DNA of 43,823 nt from the NCBI GenBank assembly GCA_004357435.1, contig SMVS01000043.1:1-43823 (forward strand), in the 5' to 3' direction. The position numbers were made by a program, and so were the translations under genes. Below, piece by piece: positions 1 through 8,517 of this stretch. Origin of the DNA: Nitrospina sp. (lineage in GTDB: Bacteria > Nitrospinota > Nitrospinia > Nitrospinales > Nitrospinaceae). The stretch's first letter is position 1. Each line of letters starts with the position of its first letter. The notes under the pieces were generated by a model. The model did not search any database. It worked only from the letters and a program-made list of their open reading frames with translations, and was not told the DNA's origin.

Positions 1-125
1 AGGTCGTCGGACACATTGAGGACGGTAAGATACAAAGCCGGGTAGAACAGGGCTGTGAACCCTAACCAGATTAGCAGGGCCAACATGGTGGCGCCGCCGG
101 TGATGTCCTCTATCCCCAAAATCAT
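1..125 (-). CDS. hypothetical membrane protein, N-terminal fragment (gene runs off the window edge)
   Basis: A reverse-strand ATG at 125-123 opens a frame that stays open to position 1 (MILGIEDITGGATMLALLIWLGFTALFYPALYLTVLNVSDD...). It contains a hydrophobic TM-like stretch. No family recognised. It is too short for the ORF track. Confidence 0.3.
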   Translation of the reverse strand, partial: MILGIEDITGGATMLALLIWLGFTALFYPALYLTVLNVSDD

Positions 126-181
126 GGCCGAAGAATAACAGCTCCCGATAGGGAACGCAATTTCGCAAGGCAGGTGCGACC

Positions 182-553
182 ATGACGCAGGCAAGTTCCA
201 AATTTGGCCGGGCAGGGGAGCGGGCCACGATAAAATTTTTTTAAAAAACCGGCTATCGGACCATTGAAAAGAATTTCCGCACCCAGGCAGGTGAAGTGGA
301 TGTCATCGCCGAGCATGAAAAAGTTTTAGTGTTTGTGGGAGTTAAAACCCGTTCCGGAAGTCAATTGGGGCATCCGGTAGAAGCCTTGACTCCCTATAAA
401 CAGAAAAAAATAGGCCAGATTGCCCGAGGCTTTTTGGCTAAACATAATATTCAAGACCGGCAGTGCCGGTTTGACGTGGTTTCGATTTCAGGGGACCCGG
501 AAGCCGCCCAAGACTGGTAAATTGAATTGATCCAGGATGCCTTTCGGATTTGA
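182..553 (+). pseudogene. YraN/UPF0102 family endonuclease, interrupted by two in-frame TAA codons
   Basis: One frame from ATG 182 to TGA 551-553 carries YraN-like motifs: GRAGERA, GEVDVIA, VFVGVKTR, RFDVV, IELIQDAF. In-frame TAA codons lie at 242-244 and 518-520. The ORF track reports only the middle piece, 296-520. The catalytic Glu of the ExK motif reads Gly. Confidence 0.6.
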
Positions 554-818
554 GCGGTAAATTTTCAGGGAGAAGTTTCCTGAAAATTCCACTCACTAGA
601 GTGGCGAAACATGTAAATCCCGTTAGGTCAATCGGGCTGGAGTTTTGAGCGGATACCTTGTATTATTCATACCTTAGGCGGATTTTATCCAAGACAGCGA
701 TGATTTTCAGGCCACGCCTCCGGAAATAAGTGTGGGAACCGGGAACCAGTGTGAATTATATTAAAAGTTGTGTGTTTATCACTTAAAATATACTACATGA
801 ACTATTCAGGAGGAATTT

Positions 819-1640
819 GTGACTTCCATTTTGAAAACTTTGTCGGCTCTTTTCTCCGATTCGAAATCAGAAATTAATATGCCATCCGCCAAGCCGGCTG
901 AGGAAAATAATATGCCATCAACCAACCAGGAACCCGTTTCTTCCACGGCGGAAGAGCCGACTGCGGAAAACTTCTCCGAGCCTCCCGCACAGCGGCGGAT
1001 CATTCAGGCGCCGGTTCTAGTCGAGAGTTTGGGAGAGGGACAGGCTTCCGAAAAAGTATTTATCAAAGCCGAGCCTGCGGAGAACGGAGACCAATGCAAA
1101 CTCATGGTGAACCGGTCCTTGTTTGCCGGGTATTCCTGGTTTTTTAAGGATTTTGAAAGCGCCGCAGGCTCGCCATTGGCGGAGAAAATTTTTAGCAGCG
1201 ATCTGGTGGATACCCTCCTGATCCATAATTCCACCGCCATTGTCACTAAATTTGGCGGCAAAATGCAGGGCGACTGGTTGCCCTTGGCTAAGGAATTGGG
1301 GCAGATCATTCGTGAGGTTCTGGAATCGGGTTCGCCTTTGTTGTCCGACGATATTATTAAAAACCTTCCGCCAGAAGAGCAAGTCCGCAAGGATATCCAA
1401 AAAGTCATCGATACCGAAGTCAATCCCGGAGTAGCGGCGCATGGGGGAAAAATAGTTCTGACCAGTGTGACCGGCAATTCCGTGACGATTCAGATGGGTG
1501 GCGGTTGTCAAGGATGCAGTGCCGCGGACCTGACTTTGAAGCAAGGCATCCATAGTTCGTTTCGCAAGGCCGTTCCCTATGTGGGCGCCATCTACGATGA
1601 AACCGATCATGCGGCCGGCATGAACCCCTATTATTCATAA
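819..1640 (+). CDS. NifU/Nfu-type Fe-S cluster scaffold protein (Nfu_N-like middle region plus NifU C-terminal CxxC domain)
   Basis: The C-terminus reads VNPGVAAHGGKIVLTSVTGNSVTIQMGGGCQGCSAADLTLKQGI, typical of the NifU C-terminal domain. AGGAGG at 808-813 lies 5 nt before the GTG start at 819. The N-terminal ~70 aa is low-complexity. Confidence 0.85.
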   Translation: MTSILKTLSALFSDSKSEINMPSAKPAEENNMPSTNQEPVSSTAEEPTAENFSEPPAQRRIIQAPVLVESLGEGQASEKVFIKAEPAENGDQCKLMVNRSLFAGYSWFFKDFESAAGSPLAEKIFSSDLVDTLLIHNSTAIVTKFGGKMQGDWLPLAKELGQIIREVLESGSPLLSDDIIKNLPPEEQVRKDIQKVIDTEVNPGVAAHGGKIVLTSVTGNSVTIQMGGGCQGCSAADLTLKQGIHSSFRKAVPYVGAIYDETDHAAGMNPYYS

Positions 1641-1646
1641 TTTCCA

Positions 1647-1991
1647 ATGCCAAAATTAAATCTATTTAAGTTGAAAGTTGAAACTGGGGATATGGGGCTA
1701 GCGGAGCCTGTCCACTTTACGATCAATGGTCATAAGTTACCCTTTGATGATTTTAAGGGAGGCACGGGTGCGGGAGAAACGTTTGAAGGTGAGTTTGAAA
1801 TCCGTAGTTTTGCCCATTCTTTGACGCTGGTGGGCCCTGAGTCCGGTTCATGGAAGATCCGCAAGATTCACGTGGATTATGACTGTGAGAATACCCCACC
1901 CTATTCAGCGACTTTTGGGGAGGTGGCATTGGATGAGACCACCGAGGTCAATATCTGGCAGGATCCACCCCTCCCGACTTGGGATGTCTAA
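1647..1991 (+). CDS. hypothetical small protein with a PLAT/LH2-like beta-sandwich pattern
   Basis: 114-aa ORF starting 6 nt after the NifU stop. The pattern KLKVETGDMGLAEPVHFTINGHKL...GETFEGEFEI...LTLVGPESGSWKIRKIHVDY resembles PLAT/LH2 domains. Confidence 0.55.
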   Translation: MPKLNLFKLKVETGDMGLAEPVHFTINGHKLPFDDFKGGTGAGETFEGEFEIRSFAHSLTLVGPESGSWKIRKIHVDYDCENTPPYSATFGEVALDETTEVNIWQDPPLPTWDV

Positions 1992-1995
1992 ATCG

Positions 1996-2922
1996 CTAAG
2001 GCGAGGAGAGCGCTATATTCTTGGGGGAGCCCACATAAACGCGCTTGGCAAACCGGGCATTCAAGTGCCCCAGCAAGACATAATTTTTCACCGTGGTTTC
2101 CAGCGGTATGAAGTGCTTTGACGTCCAGAATGTCAGTTCGCCGGTTTCGGTCTTGAAGACGTCTTTCGGGATCACCACTTTCAATAAAAGACTTCCGCCC
2201 ATTTCGTTATCTTCCTCTTTCTGAAATTTCTCCGCCTCCTGATCCGTGTTGATGTAAGCCAAAATATATTTCATGCTTTTTTCAGGAATGGTCGAGATGG
2301 TGTAGTTTTGCCCCTTACGTAGCTTGCCATAAACACCGTTTCGAAAGTTGTAGAACGCGGCAAGGATATCGTCAAAGAAAACATTTTCAGGAAGCGGCTC
2401 ACTGTTCTGCTCTTTCAGGGTTTCATTGCTGTATTTGAACCAATGATGTTGCCGGGATTTATAATCCATATAATGAACGGTGCGTTCCACGTCGTCGCCA
2501 ACGATGACTTTTCTTTCGAACTTGGTGGTGCGCACTCGCCTTCCGCCCTCGATGATTTCAAAAGTGGATTTATAAATATGTTTTCGGTAGGAGGTGAAGA
2601 ACCCCACGAAGCCTTTGGTTTCGGCCACAAGGATGGATTTGAATTTTCCCTTATCCTCAAAGAAGCTTACTTTGGCCTGGGCGGCATTATCAAATATCAG
2701 AAGGGAAATATCGAAATAAAGGGATTCTCCCGCAAAACGCCGTATGTCCCCGTCCGGTGAGAAATTTTCATATTCACCCAATTTCGTACTGTTTTGTTGG
2801 GGAGAAAATCCGGGGTTTCCCATAACTGGGGATGAAAAGAAAATCCAGAGGAGGCCGCTCATCAATACTCCCGCAGTTTTTACTGCATTGCGGCTCAAAA
2901 TGGACCTGGAATATTTTTTCAT
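1996..2922 (-). CDS. DUF3108-like periplasmic protein (tentative)
   Basis: Signal/TM segment (AGVLMSGLLWIFFSSPVMG) followed by GESLYFDISLLIFDNAAQAKVSF...ETKGFVGFF, which resembles DUF3108. I prefer the ATG at 2922 over the TTG at 2940 used by the ORF track. Confidence 0.5.
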   Translation of the reverse strand: MKKYSRSILSRNAVKTAGVLMSGLLWIFFSSPVMGNPGFSPQQNSTKLGEYENFSPDGDIRRFAGESLYFDISLLIFDNAAQAKVSFFEDKGKFKSILVAETKGFVGFFTSYRKHIYKSTFEIIEGGRRVRTTKFERKVIVGDDVERTVHYMDYKSRQHHWFKYSNETLKEQNSEPLPENVFFDDILAAFYNFRNGVYGKLRKGQNYTISTIPEKSMKYILAYINTDQEAEKFQKEEDNEMGGSLLLKVVIPKDVFKTETGELTFWTSKHFIPLETTVKNYVLLGHLNARFAKRVYVGSPKNIALSSP

Positions 2923-3038
2923 ATTAATTTTGCTCAACAAAATTATTGAAAATAGATGGCAATTTCCCTATTATTGAAATCGATCCCGCTAATTTTGTGG
3001 GATCATTCGATAGGCTAATACTTAATATATAGTAAACG

Positions 3039-3383
3039 ATGGCTACTGAAACCTTACCAGAAACTTTACCAGAAACGTTGCCTCAATCTCCAGAGGAATT
3101 CGTGACGCCGGATTCCAGAGGGGAATCCGCTTATTTGCCCCTTTACCGGGTTATCATGTGGGATGACAATGTGACCACTATGGAATTTGTGATTCGTATG
3201 TTGGTCAAAATTTTTGGCAAGGATTATAGTGCCGCTGAGAAGTTAATGTACGAAATTCACATTTCAGGTCATTCGCACGTGGAAACGCTCCCGTTGGAAA
3301 GAGCCGAGTTCAAGGTTGAGCAGGTGTACACTGCGGCCTCTATGGAAAACTTTCCTTTCAAATGTACCATCGAACCTCTTTAG
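3039..3383 (+). CDS. clpS: ATP-dependent Clp protease adaptor ClpS
   Basis: YRVIMWDDNVTTMEFVIRMLVKIFGKDYSAAEKLMYEIHISGHSHVETLPLERAEFK is a clear ClpS core. Confidence 0.9.
   Translation: MATETLPETLPETLPQSPEEFVTPDSRGESAYLPLYRVIMWDDNVTTMEFVIRMLVKIFGKDYSAAEKLMYEIHISGHSHVETLPLERAEFKVEQVYTAASMENFPFKCTIEPL
3048..3083 (+). repeat. 3 x 12-nt tandem repeat encoding (ETLP)3 in the ClpS N-terminal extension
   Basis: Three adjacent units: gaaaccttacca / gaaactttacca / gaaacgttgcct. Confidence 0.85.
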
Positions 3384-3429
3384 CGCTCCGCGTTGCTTAG
3401 CCGGCGTCCCGCCTTTTGTTTTCGTTGAA

Positions 3430-4719
3430 CTATTTTCTTTTCTCCATGGGGACGTAATCATTCTTGGCGGGGCCGCGGTAAATCTGCCGCGGGCGTCCGA
3501 TCTTAAAATCCTCATCGCCCTGAAGTTCAACCCAGTGGGCGATCCAGCCGGGCAATCGGCCTATGGCAAACATAACTGGAAACATGTTTACCGGGATGTT
3601 CAACGCCTTGTAAATCAAACCAGAATAAAAGTCCACATTAGGATAAAGTTTCTTGGAAAGAAAATAATCGTCCTTGAGAGCGATTTCTTCCAATTCAAGT
3701 GCCAGTTCCAGCAGGGGTTCTTGGACGCCTAATTTCTCAAATACCTGATGAGCCAGTTTTTTAATGATTTTCGACCGGGGATCAAAGTTCTTATAAACCC
3801 GATGGCCGAATCCCATGAGCCGGAAAGGATCTTTGGGATCCTTGGCTTTATTGACATATTTTTTAATCTGACCGCCATCATCCTGAATGGCTTGCAACAT
3901 TTCAATGACCGCCTGATTCGCACCGCCATGTAACGGCCCCCACAAGGCATAGATGCCAGCCGACACCGAAGAGTATAAATTGCATTTGGAACTCCCCACC
4001 AGTCGCACCGTACTGGTGGAACAATTTTGTTCGTGGTCGGCATGCAGAATCAACAGCACATCCAGAACCTTGGCAACCATCGGGTCGACCTCATATTTTT
4101 CGCAGGGATTGGAGAACATCATGTTCATGAAGTTTTCCGTGTAATTCAATGCGTTGTTCGGGTAAGGCAGGGGTTGTCCAATGGATTTTTTGTAGCTGTA
4201 GGCCGCAATCGTGGGAAATTTGGCAATCAGCCGATGGATGGTGATTTCAATCTCGCGGTCATCTGGCTGGTTCATCTGGTCTTGATAAAATGTGGCCAGC
4301 GCCCCCACAACCGCACTGCACACTGCCATGGGATGGGAATTGTTGGGAAATCCGTCGTAAAAATTTTTGATGGATTCGTGAACCATGGAGTGGTGCTTGA
4401 CGTGATAGCTGAAGGTTTCATATTCGGATGGGGTGGGGAGGTGTCCGTAAATCAGGAGGTAGGCGGTTTCAATGAATGTGCTTTTTTCCGCAAGTTGCTC
4501 GATGGGGATGCCGCGATAAAGTAGAATTCCCTTTTCCCCGTCCAAATACGTGATCTGGCTTTGGCAACTGCCAGTGCTGACGAATCCCGGGTCATAAGTG
4601 ATCAATCCCGTGGTGGCACGTAATTGGGAAATATCCACGGCCTTTTCGCCAAATACCCCCTCGATAACAGGAAGTTCAAAAGTTTTGCCCTCATGGATTA
4701 TTTGTATCGTCTGGGTCAT
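3430..4719 (-). CDS. gltA: citrate synthase (type II)
   Basis: 429 aa, full-length resemblance to bacterial citrate synthase (GFGHRVYKNFDPRS, HADHEQNCSTSTVRLVGSS). Confidence 0.95.
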   Translation of the reverse strand: MTQTIQIIHEGKTFELPVIEGVFGEKAVDISQLRATTGLITYDPGFVSTGSCQSQITYLDGEKGILLYRGIPIEQLAEKSTFIETAYLLIYGHLPTPSEYETFSYHVKHHSMVHESIKNFYDGFPNNSHPMAVCSAVVGALATFYQDQMNQPDDREIEITIHRLIAKFPTIAAYSYKKSIGQPLPYPNNALNYTENFMNMMFSNPCEKYEVDPMVAKVLDVLLILHADHEQNCSTSTVRLVGSSKCNLYSSVSAGIYALWGPLHGGANQAVIEMLQAIQDDGGQIKKYVNKAKDPKDPFRLMGFGHRVYKNFDPRSKIIKKLAHQVFEKLGVQEPLLELALELEEIALKDDYFLSKKLYPNVDFYSGLIYKALNIPVNMFPVMFAIGRLPGWIAHWVELQGDEDFKIGRPRQIYRGPAKNDYVPMEKRK

Positions 4720-4846
4720 GTTTGGCCTCCGATCAATAGTTGATAATTATTTGATCGAGTTTATTGGGATTTTATTCTCGTTTATATTATAACTGCACTG
4801 GCGAATAATGTCATAAATGAACCCGCCCTTCCCAAGGACATAAAAT

Positions 4847-6073
4847 ATGAAAAATAAAAACCTGATGCTGTATTTCCTGTTGGCCGGAATAGTGCTGGGC
4901 GGAATTTGCGGGTGGGTTTTCGGACCCAAAATGATGGTGGTCGCTTGGATGGGCGAGATGTTTTTAAATGCTTTGAAGATGATGGTGATTCCCCTGATCA
5001 TATCCTCCCTCATCGTGGGCATTGCCGGTCTCGGTGACATCACTAAAGTGGGCAAGACGGGAGCCATCGCCCTGATTTATTTTTCAGCCACGACCGCGTT
5101 CTCAGTGATTGTAGGTTTGATTCTGGTCAATGTGATTCGTCCGGGGGATTCGGTGGCCCTGGCGTCTGCCATACCGGCGGGCGTGGCCGACAAGGTGGAC
5201 ACCGGCATCACCGATATATTTTTAAGTTTCGTGTCGCCCAATCTGGTGGAATCCATGGTCAAGATGGATATTTTGCCCTTGATAATTGTTGCCCTGGTGT
5301 TTGGCGGGATCCTGACCACTATGGGAGAAAAGGGGCAGACCGTTATTAAATTTTTTGACGCGATCAATGTAGCGGTGATGAAAATGGTGCACCTGATTTT
5401 ATACGTGGCGCCGCTTGGTGTATTTGCCCTGATCGCCTCCAAGCTGGGTGCCGCCGGAGGGGGCGACCTGTTTCTGGCAGAACTCGCCAAAATCGGAAAG
5501 TTTGCCTTTACCGTGGTCGGCGGCCTGCTGATTCATGGTTTGATCATTCTCCCCATCATCCTGTACCTGGTCACTGGTCGCAACCCCCTCGCGTTCTTCA
5601 AGGGTGCCGGTCAGGCACTGACCACGGCTTTTTCCACCGCCAGCAGTTCCGCCACGTTGCCGGTGACGATAGAATGCGCCGAGAATTTTAATAATGTTTC
5701 AAGACGATCGGCGCTGTTTGTGCTGCCGATCGGGGCCACCGTCAACATGGACGGAACCGCCTTATACGAAGCGGTGGCGGCTATTTTTATTGCGCAAATG
5801 GTCGGGATTCCCCTGGGGTTTTCAGATCAGGTGATCATTTTTTTAACGGCGACCCTGGCGGCTGTCGGCGCCGCTGGCATTCCGGAGGCCGGCCTGGTCA
5901 CCATGGTCATGGTCCTGCAATCGGTGGGACTGCCCTTGGAAGGCATCGGCATGTTGTTGTCGATTGACTGGTTTTTGGACCGGTGCCGGACCACCGTCAA
6001 TGTCTGGGGAGATTCCATAGGCTCTGCCGTCGTGGACCGGTTGGAAGAAAAATTCGTGGAAGGAGGGCCGTAA
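4847..6073 (+). CDS. dicarboxylate/amino acid:cation symporter (DAACS family)
   Basis: 408-aa polytopic protein with DAACS motifs (FSTASSSATLPVT, NMDGTALYEAVAAIFIAQ). Confidence 0.9.
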   Translation: MKNKNLMLYFLLAGIVLGGICGWVFGPKMMVVAWMGEMFLNALKMMVIPLIISSLIVGIAGLGDITKVGKTGAIALIYFSATTAFSVIVGLILVNVIRPGDSVALASAIPAGVADKVDTGITDIFLSFVSPNLVESMVKMDILPLIIVALVFGGILTTMGEKGQTVIKFFDAINVAVMKMVHLILYVAPLGVFALIASKLGAAGGGDLFLAELAKIGKFAFTVVGGLLIHGLIILPIILYLVTGRNPLAFFKGAGQALTTAFSTASSSATLPVTIECAENFNNVSRRSALFVLPIGATVNMDGTALYEAVAAIFIAQMVGIPLGFSDQVIIFLTATLAAVGAAGIPEAGLVTMVMVLQSVGLPLEGIGMLLSIDWFLDRCRTTVNVWGDSIGSAVVDRLEEKFVEGGP

Positions 6074-6074
6074 A

Positions 6075-6434
6075 TTGACTTTAATGATTCTGTTTGGTTT
6101 GTTGATTGGAGTGCTATCCTCTTTTTCTGGATTGGGAGGTGGGTTTCTGGTGGTCCCTTTCCTGATTTACATGGAGAAGAAGACGCAACTGGCAGTGGGA
6201 ACATCTTTTCTGGTGGTGATGTTGATTGCCGTATCGGCTGTCCTGGCCCATGGCCGCCTGGGGAATATTGATTACAAAACGGGTCTTTACCTGGCGTTGG
6301 GAGGTGTGGTGGGAGCGCAGATCGGCCCTTTTATATTGCAAAATGTGTCTGATCAGATGTTCAAAAGAATATTTGCCTGCCTACTGGTGGGGATTGGTGT
6401 GTGGATGTTCATCAGCTCCCGCAATCCCGTTTGA
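6075..6434 (+). CDS. half-size TSUP (TauE/SafE) family membrane protein
   Basis: 119 aa with about 4 TM segments. GLGGGFLVVPFLIY and LAVGTSFLVV are typical of TauE/SafE. It starts 1 nt after the symporter stop. Confidence 0.65.
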   Translation: MTLMILFGLLIGVLSSFSGLGGGFLVVPFLIYMEKKTQLAVGTSFLVVMLIAVSAVLAHGRLGNIDYKTGLYLALGGVVGAQIGPFILQNVSDQMFKRIFACLLVGIGVWMFISSRNPV

Positions 6435-6470
6435 TGTTGATTAGGAAAGGGTGGGATAGAGAGCCGGAGA

Positions 6471-6896
6471 TTATTTTGCACGCTCTCCCCGCACGATGCG
6501 GGCGGCAAAAGGACCTTCTCCCAGTTTATTGATCCAGTTGGACCGGCCCTTGATCAAATTGTACATCATCGCCCGGTCGCCATTGACCGTGTCCGTCCAG
6601 GTCACATCCGCGCAATCCGGTTCAAATATCGGTGGCAGGTAAATGATGTCGCCGCCCTTGGCTTTCAGGGAATTACTTTTATCGAAGATACTTTTAATAT
6701 CTTCCAGCTTGCACACCCGCCAGTCATCAAACCCACCAAACTTTTCCGCATTCAGTTCTTCAGCATAAGCCTGGCACTGCAACAGGTTGCGCCATTTGCC
6801 CAGCATTTGACGGGTGTCCTTTTTCAACCAGGTCAGCCCGGTTTGAGTGTCTGTGACGGTGTCGTTGCCGTTATCTAAATATCTGGCCATGTTCAA
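6471..6896 (-). CDS. DUF1566 (Lcl C-terminal / C-type-lectin-fold) domain protein, no signal peptide
   Basis: The N-terminus YLDNGNDTVTDTQTGLTWLKKD and the motif FGGFDDWRVCKLEDIKSIF match DUF1566. Confidence 0.7.
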   Translation of the reverse strand: MNMARYLDNGNDTVTDTQTGLTWLKKDTRQMLGKWRNLLQCQAYAEELNAEKFGGFDDWRVCKLEDIKSIFDKSNSLKAKGGDIIYLPPIFEPDCADVTWTDTVNGDRAMMYNLIKGRSNWINKLGEGPFAARIVRGERAK

Positions 6897-6959
6897 TCCT
6901 TATGGGGCTCATCATAAAACTATTTGAAAGCAATGTCCAAACTTTTAAGATTTTTTGGC

Positions 6960-7421
6960 CTAGTTTCCTGATGAAAAATGAAGCCCTTGAAATTGATAGT
7001 GCAGGCCGGGTGGATATTTGACCTCAAAAAAATTATCTTTAAAAGGGGCTTGGTGAGGGTTGGCGATGACCACTTTATAATCGAAGGGGTTCTCCTCGCA
7101 ACTGCGAAAAAAACACCAGCGCAGGTGGATGGGTTTGCTTAAATCACGTTTGAAAATTATTCCCAACAGGTTTTGGCCGTTGAAGAAAAACTGCAATATA
7201 TAATGGTCCGTATTTATCTGAAACGTTTTTGTTTTATCCAAGCGCATGAGGTTTACGGGGTTTGCGATTTTAGTGGCGAGAGTCGGGTATTCTTTGAGGG
7301 AAATAGTTTCATAAGCGTGAGCCGGATGCGAGATACAGGCCATCAACAACACTGAAAAATATATAATATTATAGCTGACAGTCGATGGCTGAAAAATTTT
7401 GTGAGGGGGGCCGTTTTGCAT
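6960..7421 (-). CDS. hypothetical secreted protein
   Basis: 153-aa ORF with a signal-like segment (IIYFSVLLMACISHPAHA). No clear RBS, so the start is uncertain. No family recognised. Confidence 0.45.
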   Translation of the reverse strand: MQNGPPHKIFQPSTVSYNIIYFSVLLMACISHPAHAYETISLKEYPTLATKIANPVNLMRLDKTKTFQINTDHYILQFFFNGQNLLGIIFKRDLSKPIHLRWCFFRSCEENPFDYKVVIANPHQAPFKDNFFEVKYPPGLHYQFQGLHFSSGN

Positions 7422-7510
7422 TGGGTGATGTTTGAATGGTAGAGAAATACCCTCGATTGAGCAGTATTTTTAGGGTTTTCTTCATTATAACGGAAGGACA
7501 GCAAAAACAA

Positions 7511-7541
7511 AAAGCCGATAGAAATAAATTCTATCGGCTTT
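7511..7541 (-). terminator. rho-independent terminator downstream of 7588-8040
   Basis: Stem aagccgataga / tctatcggctt. On the minus strand it is followed by tttttgttttt. Confidence 0.6.
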
Positions 7542-7587
7542 CCGTTTATTTAAATCAGGGCAATTGCTTGCCTTAAAGTCTAAAAGA

Positions 7588-8040
7588 TTACTTCAAAGTC
7601 GGATGATAATCACCACACATCGCATTGGAAACCAGGTTTTCTTTCATGAAGCCTTTGCGATTTTGGTTCATTTGTTTGCGATAGACACCATCAGAATTAT
7701 CGCCCTGGCAATCGCCATCAACTAAACCGCGCACTTCAGCTTCCTCAACGGTCCTGGCAGCTTTCCAGGATGAGGAATGTTGCGAGGAACCATATTGTTG
7801 ATCCGTGTTGATTGCGGATACACTACTTCTGGATATATGGGCCCGGGAAGCCCGATTCACTGCATCGGTCAAGGATCGCGCATGAGCGCCTCTTTGAACC
7901 ACGGTCTGACCCACACCCATCACGCTTTGATCCTGCTGGGCATATGAACCGGGGAGCAACTCATCGGCTGACGCAGAAGACACGCCAAAGGCCAAAGCCG
8001 CTACGAAACACATTGCCAATACTAATGCTTTCTTATTCAT
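7588..8040 (-). CDS. hypothetical secreted protein
   Basis: 150-aa ORF with a signal peptide (MNKKALVLAMCFVAALAFGVSSASA). GGGGAG lies upstream and a terminator downstream. No family recognised. Confidence 0.6.
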   Translation of the reverse strand: MNKKALVLAMCFVAALAFGVSSASADELLPGSYAQQDQSVMGVGQTVVQRGAHARSLTDAVNRASRAHISRSSVSAINTDQQYGSSQHSSSWKAARTVEEAEVRGLVDGDCQGDNSDGVYRKQMNQNRKGFMKENLVSNAMCGDYHPTLK

Positions 8041-8517
8041 CTTAGTCTCCCCATTGAAAGATTAAACTAAATTGAACTATAAAAAACAAAAATCCGTTAT
8101 GGATTCGAATGAACGCTTTGAATGTAAGTCAGCACGCAACCTTGACCGCACCGTTGCAAAAACCGCTAAGAGAATCCTTATGAAATCAGCAGGTTTTAAT
8201 AAACCTCAAGCAGGTGATCAGGCCCAAAATCTATATTCTTACGGACCATTTGTCAATAGAAAAAAACCGCTTTCGAGCTGTATTTCAATTGAACTGGTTA
8301 CCCGGCACCAGATTTACTGTAATCTCCTTAAAAACAATGGAGTCAAATTCTTATTCTTCTTGAGTTTAGAGAAGTCACAATAGGCGGAGTTTCAGCCTTG
8401 GGCGACGGTTGAATAAAGCATTTTAGAAAATTGTTATGGGAATTTGATAGACTTGACATAACGCCGGGCCGGCTTTCCGGTTTGGGTTCAATAACACTGG
8501 GAAAATATTCAGCTTAT

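Noticed and set aside
122-316. A 64-aa minus-strand ORF overlapping the YraN frame.
   Set aside because: It is opposite a frame with clear YraN motifs. A better minus-strand start for the neighbouring membrane protein lies at 125 in a different frame.
242-520. The in-frame TAA codons in the YraN frame as evidence for TAA reassignment or a recoded genome.
   Set aside because: TAA terminates clearly complete genes in the same window, for example the NifU-type gene at 1638-1640 and the DAACS symporter at 6071-6073. No other gene shows internal TAA. Pseudogenisation or base-call error is simpler.
1004-1610. Long antisense ORFs (157 and 197 aa) opposite the NifU-type gene.
   Set aside because: The sense strand has a clear family match with an RBS. 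The antisense frames are Arg/Gly/Ser-rich with no motifs, as expected by chance opposite G/C-biased coding sequence.
8072-8383. A 103-aa plus-strand ORF in the AT-rich gap.
   Set aside because: It has Lys/Asn/Ser-rich AT-driven composition, no RBS and no recognisable family. It lies in the divergent promoter region between 7588-8040 and the DUF2203 gene.
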